This document shows, in pieces, positions 9,710 to 17,559 of a stretch of 64,000 bases of DNA; position 1 is the first letter of the stretch; each line of letters starts with the position of its first letter. The notes under the pieces were generated by a model that did not search any database, was not told the origin of the DNA, and saw only the letters and a program-made list of their open reading frames with translations. Made by a program: the position numbers and the translations under genes. The DNA comes from a virus. The stretch is taken from positions 64,001-128,000 of the IMG/VR virus record IMGVR_UViG_3300046167_000873. One strand, given 5' to 3'.

Positions 9710-11653
9710 CTATGTGTACTTTATATTTATAAACCCACCAGAGCCGACTGTTGCAGTTGCCTGTTTAGTTGCAGTACTTCCAGTTGATGGAATACCTCTT
9801 GGATCCCAAACAGTTGTTTGAGATGATGGGCCTGTTATAGGACCAAATCCACTTGCATTGGCGCCGGGTGCAGTAATAACCCCTGCGGTTCCTAAATTAA
9901 CGGTAGTTGGTGTTCCAGGTTGCCCTGATGTAAATCCTGACGAAAAGCTGTATGGTTGTACTGTAAACGCAGGAGTTACATTAAATCCACTTGTTGGCTT
10001 TTGACCAGTAACTCCATAAGAATAAGGCTGATTATAAGAATATTGCTGAGGCTTTTGCCCAGTTGTAGCAAACGTGTAAGGTTGTGTATAAGAATACGGC
10101 TGTGGCTTTGATCCAGTTGTAGCAAACGAATATGGCTGTACCAGAAAACCACTTGCAGGTTTTTGACCAGTTGTTGCAAATGGATACGGCGTTAATCTAA
10201 AGACACTTGTTACAGGTTTTGTTCCAGTCGTACCATACGAATATGGTTGCGAAAAGAATACACTTGTTACAGGTTTTGTTCCAGTTGTTGCAAACGAATA
10301 TGGTTGCACTCTAGTACCGCTTACTGGTTTAGTACCACCAGCTTGAAACGGATACGGTTGATTATATGAATATTGTACTTGCTTAGTACCGCCTGCTTGA
10401 AACGGATAAGGCTGTGAAAAGTATCCAGAAGCAGGAAAAGTACCAACAGCTTGAAAAGGATATGGCGCAATCCGAAAACCAGCGTTTGGTGTTTGCCCTT
10501 GAGTTGGTGTAATACCAGCAGCGGTATAATTATATGGCTGTTGATTGTCAACTGGCTTTTGGCCAGTCAAGACTCTCCATCCAGATCTTGCTGTTCCATA
10601 TGGGAATGGCTTCGCTCCCCACTTACTACCTTGAGCCGTATATGTATAAGGCGACGATGATGGTTGATTTGGGCCAGAGGGGTTTCCCTGCAGCGAGGCA
10701 CACTGCGGGATTGGTCTTCGGTTCGTTGAAAAAACACCGTCGGCGTTGATTGTGCATTGAGTTTGCGCAGTCCTTACTTTGAAACCACTTCCTGGGACCG
10801 GATATTGATATTTGTACGAAGTAAAACTAAAAGTACTGAAATCCGTATAAGAATATGGCTGACCATAAGGATAGGATGAAAATGTTGTAAATGGCTTTTG
10901 GCCAGTAGTTTGATACGCATAACCTACATTATATGGATATGGTGATTGAAAACCATAAGATTGCGGTGTAGAACCGAATGTACCGTATGTATAAAACCCA
11001 GTATATGAATATAAAGCCTGTTTAGAGCCGGTTGTTGCAAATGAATATGGCTGCGAACTGAATACACCAGTAACTGGCTTTGTTCCAGTCGTACCATATG
11101 TATATGGTTGATTGTAACCATATGGTTGTTGCTTAGTACCACCTGCCTGAAAAGGATATGGTTGATTATATGAATATTGTACTTGTTTAGTACCAGGCGC
11201 CTGAAAAGGATATGGTTGATTATATGAATATTGCTGTGGTGTTTGCCCTTGAGTAGTATATGGATATGGTGCTTGAAAACCATAAGGTTGTTGCTTAGTA
11301 CCACCTGCTTGAAACGGATAAGGCGTTAACCTAAAAACTCCAGTTACAGGTTTTGTACCAGGTGCTTGAAAAGGATATGGAGTTAACCTAAAAACATTAG
11401 TTACAGGTTTAGTACCACTGACAGTAAATGGATAAGGTGATTGATAACCGTATGGCTGATTATAAGAATACGGTTGTTGTTTAGTACCAGATGAATAGGT
11501 ATTAAAACCGCCAGTAGAAGATCCTCCTTGCAAAGAAACTTCTAATAATTTTCTTCCATAGGGTAAAGATATTTGACCAGGAGTTGTGCGGGTTACATCA
11601 AATGTATCAGCCCATGTCCTATTTAAAAAACCCTTTCCACCGCCAGCTGGCAT
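9710..11653 (-). CDS. Pro/Tyr/Gln/Thr/Gly repeat protein; putative fibre-tip appendage/adhesin
   Basis: 647 aa. About 20 units of G(T/Q/S)K...PY(P/S/T)(F/Y)xxx in two arms around a C-x17-C core. Gly-rich termini (SLQGG...; GSGGFINIKY). SD AAGGAG. Lies directly downstream of a fibre gene. Confidence 0.75.
   Translation of the reverse strand: MPAGGGKGFLNRTWADTFDVTRTTPGQISLPYGRKLLEVSLQGGSSTGGFNTYSSGTKQQPYSYNQPYGYQSPYPFTVSGTKPVTNVFRLTPYPFQAPGTKPVTGVFRLTPYPFQAGGTKQQPYGFQAPYPYTTQGQTPQQYSYNQPYPFQAPGTKQVQYSYNQPYPFQAGGTKQQPYGYNQPYTYGTTGTKPVTGVFSSQPYSFATTGSKQALYSYTGFYTYGTFGSTPQSYGFQSPYPYNVGYAYQTTGQKPFTTFSSYPYGQPYSYTDFSTFSFTSYKYQYPVPGSGFKVRTAQTQCTINADGVFSTNRRPIPQCASLQGNPSGPNQPSSSPYTYTAQGSKWGAKPFPYGTARSGWRVLTGQKPVDNQQPYNYTAAGITPTQGQTPNAGFRIAPYPFQAVGTFPASGYFSQPYPFQAGGTKQVQYSYNQPYPFQAGGTKPVSGTRVQPYSFATTGTKPVTSVFFSQPYSYGTTGTKPVTSVFRLTPYPFATTGQKPASGFLVQPYSFATTGSKPQPYSYTQPYTFATTGQKPQQYSYNQPYSYGVTGQKPTSGFNVTPAFTVQPYSFSSGFTSGQPGTPTTVNLGTAGVITAPGANASGFGPITGPSSQTTVWDPRGIPSTGSTATKQATATVGSGGFINIKYT
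9724..9731 (-). promoter_or_regulatory. Candidate late promoter TATAAATA for the oxygenase cluster
   Basis: Exact motif 58 bp upstream of the 9666 start; it lies within the last codons of the repeat gene, so it could be coincidental. Confidence 0.55.
9935..10498 (-). repeat. C-terminal arm: tandem 54/57-bp (18/19-aa) coding repeats
   Basis: e.g. GTKQVQYSYNQPYPFQAG, GTKPVTSVFRLTPYPFATT, GSKPQPYSYTQPYTFATT. Confidence 0.9.
10904..11488 (-). repeat. N-terminal arm: tandem 54/57-bp (18/19-aa) coding repeats
   Basis: e.g. GTKPVTNVFRLTPYPFQAP, GTKPVTGVFRLTPYPFQAG, GTKQVQYSYNQPYPFQAG. Confidence 0.9.
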
Positions 11654-11662
11654 ACTTACTCC

Positions 11663-13007
11663 TTATTGTGCAAATCCAGCATTACGGAAACTCAAGCTAC
11701 CGTATATCTGTCCACTTATATTTATAAAGCTATATATGTCTATTCCAGAACTAGGAGGTGGTTCAATACCATCTGACCAAAAAACTTTATCTGCTTCACC
11801 TGATCCTGGCCACGTGCAAGATCTAGCAGTTCCATTATTGTTAATGACTAATGTAAACGTTGTAGATCCGCCGGCTGCGGTTGCAGCATAATTAGAAAAG
11901 TCAATCGAGTATGAAGCGGTTGGTGTAAATGTGTGTACTGACCCACTATTAACATCAAGTGTGTACGCAGTACCAGAACCGCCTGCAACAACCTTTTCTT
12001 GAAAACAATCATTAGCTGTAATTCTTGCTGCATTAACACCATTGTTATTAACTTCAATTCTTTCTGTTCCACCAGTTACAACTCTAAATTGATCTGCTGC
12101 ATGAAATTGCGCGTAAGTATTAGTATCACCAATGTGAACAATAGCATTACCAAGATTAACATTAGCTGTTGCTGTAACATTAGGAGCAGTAATGAGACCA
12201 GAGCCTGATACAGTAATATTAGAAGTCGTTGCTAAAGTAGACGTAAGAGTTAATCCTCGGCCTGTAATATCACCAGAAGTATTAACATCAAATACTTGTG
12301 ACATTGTAACGTCACCGTCAATTGCAACTGTAGCCGCTGCACCTGAAAAATAACGTAAACCAGATGAGTCAAGAATAAGTGCTTGTTTATTGAAATCTGA
12401 GTTACCAGCTGAAGAAACAAATGCGTCGGCAACACCTGATTTTGGCCTAACTGCATATCCAAGTGCAATACCACCTGATGATGCCATTGATCCAACAGTC
12501 GCTATTTTATTAGCACCAGTATAATTGCCTGCTAGCATTAATGCGCCAGAGGTTGATGTTGCATCACCTGCGGTAATTACACCTGAGGATGATCCAGTCG
12601 CAACAGTAATATCAGTATTAAATGTTGTTGTTGACGTAGATTCATCAATGAACATTACATTTACATTGGAACTAGGTGTCACCAAGATTAATAATAAAAT
12701 CTTTAGATGTACCGTTATCTGTAATAGTAACTCCGCTAGGAGTAAAACCAAACTTTGCACGATCATTAGACAAAAAGCTTGATGTGCCGCTAGTGGTATT
12801 ACCATCATCAATTCTAATTACAGATTGAGCAGAAGTTGCAGCAGTAACATCAAGTGCGTACGCAGGATTTGATCTGTTAATACCAACCCTATCGGTAGAA
12901 GAATTGACAAATAAAGTGTCTGTATCAACTGCTACGTTTCCACCAACATCTAAGCCGCCAGTGATTTTTAAACCATCAAGCGCATCGAATTTTTGTGAAG
13001 TTGCCAT
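11663..13007 (-). CDS. Tail fibre protein split by a +1 frameshift near 12675
   Basis: The 5' ORF (VDTDTLFVNSSTDRVGIN) ends at GGT GAC ACC TAG. The fibre-like sequence continues in the next frame (PSSNVNVMFID...GDTNTYAQF...VFWSDGIEP...IDIYSF). The first ~45 aa of the 382-aa ORF look like shadow sequence. Confidence 0.75.
11719..11726 (-). promoter_or_regulatory. Candidate late promoter TATAAATA upstream of the repeat-protein gene
   Basis: Exact motif 66 bp upstream of the 11653 start, inside the 3' end of the fibre gene. Confidence 0.5.
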
Positions 13008-13019
13008 ATCTCTCTCTTG

Positions 13020-13436
13020 TTATAACTTAAAGATTCCAGAAGAACTCCATATGATGTCGACATTGCTGCCGTCTGGAGTAATTGGTAAACCATTAATATT
13101 TGTATCCATCCATGCAACTAATCTTGATGTGTTAGCATCAGCAGTATCAATCCATAATAATAGAGCTTCTGCATCAATCGATGTATTTGCTACGTCAGTA
13201 AATAAAACATCATCAGCATCTAAAACACCGTTTATACACGTAACATTTGTTAAATCAGCAGTTTCTAAAATACCTAAATCTGTATTTGATAAATCAGAAT
13301 AAAATTCATCAGTAGATCTAAATTCTGTTGTACCAGAATCTACGAGCGTAACTTTTACGCTTCCTGCAGTAAGAGAACTATCGGTAGCGCTTGTTAATAC
13401 AGCTTCTTTGTATTTATCATATATTACGTTTGCCAT
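13020..13436 (-). CDS. Conserved phage virion-associated protein
   Basis: MANVIYDKYKE...LPITPDGSNVDIIWSSSGIFKL, a widespread phage family found beside tail genes. Confidence 0.6.
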   Translation of the reverse strand: MANVIYDKYKEAVLTSATDSSLTAGSVKVTLVDSGTTEFRSTDEFYSDLSNTDLGILETADLTNVTCINGVLDADDVLFTDVANTSIDAEALLLWIDTADANTSRLVAWMDTNINGLPITPDGSNVDIIWSSSGIFKL

Positions 13437-13437
13437 A

Positions 13438-16400
13438 TTATACTCTCGTCTCTATCTTCAGGACCTTAAATCGGTGAACATCCGTAACTGATGCAGCGGA
13501 ACAAGTTGCTTGTAAATCAATATGCGTTGTGTTAGCAGCAAGAACAGGTACAATACTAACTGTGCCTATATTCGAATCAACTTCACCGTATCGTGTATAG
13601 TATATATCTTTGTTATCAGTCACGATAATATTAACTTCTACAGCATAACCAGAATCCGCATCGTTAAGGTTTTCGCCGTGAACAAAATACTTAAATCCTT
13701 GTGTTTGACCAACTTCGAAGCTATCAATTACTGTAGCAGCAGTCGTTGTAACATCACCACCTGTACCTGTAAATGCAACACCATTTGCTTCAAGAGATGA
13801 TACCTCAAGATTTAAGATGACTGCTGTATTAGATACAAATAAGTTTTCAAATATAGTATTACCAGAGAGTGTCAATCCATCAGGTAAAGATGCACTATCA
13901 TCAACAACAAGATTATCTACTGTCAGCGTATTTGTACTTGGGTTGAATGTAAAGGTAGTGTCACCTCTAGCATCTTGATAACCAGATGTTGCTCCAGCAA
14001 AAACGACTGGTTGGTTAGCGTTAGTCGTTGAGGTATGCATCTGAATAGTATTTGATTGAGCAGCAGTACCTGAAATATTAGAGCTAATTTCAGCAGGCAA
14101 TCGAGCATCGTTAACTGTTCCAGTTGTAAGAGCAGTTGCATTTAGATTCGTTAGAGATGCACCATTACCTGTGAACGTAGTTGCACCAACATCACCAGTA
14201 ACTGTAATACCAGTAGATATTGTTTCTAGTTTAGTAGTTCCGTAATGACTTAACAATACAGAACCAGTACTACCATCAGCTCTAACATAATCTGTTACAC
14301 CGCCAGTAGAATCGTCTGACTGTATTGCAACATCTTGATCATTGCCAAACTGTCGAATCAATAAACTGCTTTGTAAAGCATCGATGTTGTTGCCGGTTCC
14401 AGAAGCTTTTATCGATAGATCAACTGTAGTACCAAACGTTAATATTTGACCATCATCAAATCGCAATGCGTCTGCTGATTTGTCCCACTCAACATTCCCA
14501 AGAGTACCTAAAATCGTAATATCGTTTTCAAACTGTGATGTACTAGAAACAAGTAACGTATCAGTATCTGTTTCGCCAGTTACATTAATACCGGTTGCAG
14601 TAGTTTCTATTTTAATATTACCTGCGTGAGTAACTTCAACTGCGCCAGCTGCAACACCTCGAATATAATTAGTTCCTGCAGTATCTTCAAGTACGATGTT
14701 GTTACCTTGGAGAACTAATGATCCAGAACCGCTTTCAGTTATAACACTAGCAGAACCGTCGTTATACAACTGCATCGTTGTGCCGAGTTGTATAATTTCA
14801 TTATCGCCAACAGTAACGCCATCAGCAACGAGTGTTCCTGTGACTGTAGCACCTGTTGCAGATGTTTCGAATTTAACATTTCCTGCATGAGTTACAGCAA
14901 CTGAAGCTCCCGCTGTACCTAAGATATAATCATTACCTGCAGTATCTTCTAAGACAAGATTGTTAGCTTGAAGACGAAGGCTACCAGGACCATTTTCTTT
15001 GATGATTGAATCGCCAGCTACTTCATGGAAGATTTGTAAATCATTTGAAGTTCCGAATGTGGCTTTTATGTCATCATTAAAGTTTAGTAGATCTTCTGAT
15101 GAATCCCAATGTAATGCATCAACAGTAGTACCATCGAAGAATGCATCATCTTCAAACAACGCAGTTGATCGTACTCTTAATGTATTTGTATTGGCATCAT
15201 TTACAATCTGAAGACCAGCATCGTTGATAGTCATTTCAACTGTGTTGGCATTCGGTGAATAGTATTCAACCCGATCACCATCAATTGCTGAAATATATCG
15301 AGTGTCATCGGATGCAGTCAACAGTAGATTAGTTGATCTAACAATTAAGCTACCAGTACCTTGCTCATCAACGTAAGAAGCAGAACCGGTGTGGTAGATT
15401 CTTAAATCTTCATCAGTACCAAATGCTGCATAAACATCATCTTCAAAACTTAGTGTATTATTTGAAGATTCCCAAACAAGGCTATCTGCATCTAGTCCAG
15501 CTGATCCATCAAAGTAAGCATCTTCTTGAACTCGTAAAGTAACAGTATTTGCTTCACCGTATACTTCGATACCAGCAGTGTTTGTTTGTAGCTTAGATAT
15601 ATTGTTGTGGTAAAGAGTAACTTCACCTGATGTATTAGCAACGATTAAACTAGTTGTTCCTGTATCGTCAGTGACTCTGAAGTTGTCCTCAACGCGCATG
15701 AATAAATCGTTGGTGGTTTCTGTTACAAAACTATCTGTTCCATCAGTGACGATTGTGAAGTTGTGAGCCGCAGCATAATCTGCTCCACCCATTTCAATAG
15801 GTTGGTTATTGTATGTAACAATACCACCATTTGCAACCAACTCACCAGTGACTTCAACACCATGTGTATTTGTTTGTAGCCGTTCAACACCTTCGTAGTA
15901 AAGACGTACCGTACTATTATCTGCTACATTAGCAGTCATATACAGTTCTGAACCAGATTCTGATTTAATTTCTACAGTATCAGTAATAACATTAAGATCA
16001 GTTCTTGCCCGAATGTCTTGGTTGTCGGTATTAGAATATGCTCTACCAGCTGCTGTATAGAACATCTCCCAGTCATCGCTATCACCGAATGTGGCTTTGA
16101 CTGAATCACGATAATTCCATACTTCGCTTGTTGCATCCCAATGAACACTGTTTGAGTTTAAAGTATCATTGTCAAAGTTTGCATCTTGACGTACGCGCAG
16201 TGTAGTTGTATTTGCTTCGCCAAAGACTTCAACACCAGGTACTTCGCCTGCTTGAGTGCCAGTCGTTTCGAGACGTGCATCGCCGTTGTTATAAAGAACA
16301 ACTTCGCTTGATCCGTCGTTATTAGCAGTAATAAAATTTGTTGTACCTGGTTCGTCAGTAAGATTAAAACCTTCATGAACAAAGATATTTAAATCTCTAT

Positions 16401-17349
16401 CGCCAGATATAATAATACCGTCTGTGCCGTCAGTGTAAAGTTGGAAATTGTATGTTGCTATATCCTCACCACCATTATAGGGGTATGTGCCACCCATAAG
16501 GATTTTATTATTATCAAAGATAACAGCATCATCTTGTATAATGGTGTCACCATGTACAACTACACCATATGTATTAGTTGACAGTCGTACATCACCTTCG
16601 TAGTAAAGCTTAACAGTACTATTATCAGCAACATCGGCAGTAATATAAAGTTCTGCACCTGTCTCTGATTTAACTTCTATATTGTCAGTAATAAAATTAG
16701 TATCTGTTACAGCTCGAATATCTAAGTTATCTGTATTAGCATACATTCTACCAGTATCGTAGAACATTTCAAGTTGTCCAGTACCACCAAATATTTCCGT
16801 GCCAGTTGCACCACCAAATGTAGCGCGCACGTTATCATTAAAGTTTAGTTGGTTATTGGAACTTTGCCAATGCATTTGAGGGTTTGTATTTGTTCCTGCA
16901 GGACCATCGCCTACAAACAAGACATCGTATCGTGCCTCAATGTTATTCTCTACGATCAATCCGTATGTTGAATCAACATAAACTTCTACAGTTTCGTCTG
17001 TAAACGTTGTGTTAGTTGTTACATAAAGCGTATCAGATACAAAATCATTAGAAGAAAAATCAAAAGTACCACCACGCAATCCACCATACAAACCATTTGC
17101 ATAAGCGTTTATTGAAGGATCACGACCATCGTTAAACACAACAACTGCGTTAGCTGCAAACTGACCAAAAAGTGTCGCATTACCATAAGTTAAAGAACCG
17201 CCTGGAAGACCGTTCGCAGTCATCATAGAGGTCTGAGCACCAGTAGTATCACCGCGGGTAATCAGTATAAGCTCGTTTGTTTTGTTTAACCAATCGCTAA
17301 ATGTCTGCGTGCTTGGTTGTATCTCGTTAAATCCGGAGAGAAGTGCCAT
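13438..17349 (-). CDS. Long tail fibre / fibritin-anchored fibre protein with internal repeats
   Basis: N-terminal TFSDWLNKTNELI; repeated W...LNFNDNV(R/K)ATFG...DL.IF modules; acidic and beta-rich. Confidence 0.75.
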   Translation of the reverse strand: MALLSGFNEIQPSTQTFSDWLNKTNELILITRGDTTGAQTSMMTANGLPGGSLTYGNATLFGQFAANAVVVFNDGRDPSINAYANGLYGGLRGGTFDFSSNDFVSDTLYVTTNTTFTDETVEVYVDSTYGLIVENNIEARYDVLFVGDGPAGTNTNPQMHWQSSNNQLNFNDNVRATFGGATGTEIFGGTGQLEMFYDTGRMYANTDNLDIRAVTDTNFITDNIEVKSETGAELYITADVADNSTVKLYYEGDVRLSTNTYGVVVHGDTIIQDDAVIFDNNKILMGGTYPYNGGEDIATYNFQLYTDGTDGIIISGDRDLNIFVHEGFNLTDEPGTTNFITANNDGSSEVVLYNNGDARLETTGTQAGEVPGVEVFGEANTTTLRVRQDANFDNDTLNSNSVHWDATSEVWNYRDSVKATFGDSDDWEMFYTAAGRAYSNTDNQDIRARTDLNVITDTVEIKSESGSELYMTANVADNSTVRLYYEGVERLQTNTHGVEVTGELVANGGIVTYNNQPIEMGGADYAAAHNFTIVTDGTDSFVTETTNDLFMRVEDNFRVTDDTGTTSLIVANTSGEVTLYHNNISKLQTNTAGIEVYGEANTVTLRVQEDAYFDGSAGLDADSLVWESSNNTLSFEDDVYAAFGTDEDLRIYHTGSASYVDEQGTGSLIVRSTNLLLTASDDTRYISAIDGDRVEYYSPNANTVEMTINDAGLQIVNDANTNTLRVRSTALFEDDAFFDGTTVDALHWDSSEDLLNFNDDIKATFGTSNDLQIFHEVAGDSIIKENGPGSLRLQANNLVLEDTAGNDYILGTAGASVAVTHAGNVKFETSATGATVTGTLVADGVTVGDNEIIQLGTTMQLYNDGSASVITESGSGSLVLQGNNIVLEDTAGTNYIRGVAAGAVEVTHAGNIKIETTATGINVTGETDTDTLLVSSTSQFENDITILGTLGNVEWDKSADALRFDDGQILTFGTTVDLSIKASGTGNNIDALQSSLLIRQFGNDQDVAIQSDDSTGGVTDYVRADGSTGSVLLSHYGTTKLETISTGITVTGDVGATTFTGNGASLTNLNATALTTGTVNDARLPAEISSNISGTAAQSNTIQMHTSTTNANQPVVFAGATSGYQDARGDTTFTFNPSTNTLTVDNLVVDDSASLPDGLTLSGNTIFENLFVSNTAVILNLEVSSLEANGVAFTGTGGDVTTTAATVIDSFEVGQTQGFKYFVHGENLNDADSGYAVEVNIIVTDNKDIYYTRYGEVDSNIGTVSIVPVLAANTTHIDLQATCSAASVTDVHRFKVLKIETRV

Positions 17350-17559
17350 TTAACTTATCCTGCTATTAAGTTCTAGGAGTAGATCTTTGATTGCTGTTAC
17401 ATCATTCTTTACACTAGCAAATTCTTTTTCTAGTGTAACCACTTGCGATTCTAATTTCTTTTGATTTTCAGCGGAGCGTCTAGCTGACTTATATCTTTCA
17501 AGTGCAGCTATATCTTTATTTATAACAGCTCCATCGTTCTGCTTCACGAAGTTATCCAT
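17350..17559 (-). CDS. Small coiled-coil virion-associated protein
   Basis: GAVINKD..AL.RYK followed by a heptad-rich tail; tightly coupled to neighbours. Confidence 0.65.
   Translation of the reverse strand: MDNFVKQNDGAVINKDIAALERYKSARRSAENQKKLESQVVTLEKEFASVKNDVTAIKDLLLELNSRIS

Noticed and set aside
9935-11488. Repeats as a DGR template/variable region or a mini-CRISPR
   Set aside because: They are in-frame coding repeats with synonymous variation, and no reverse transcriptase is in the window.
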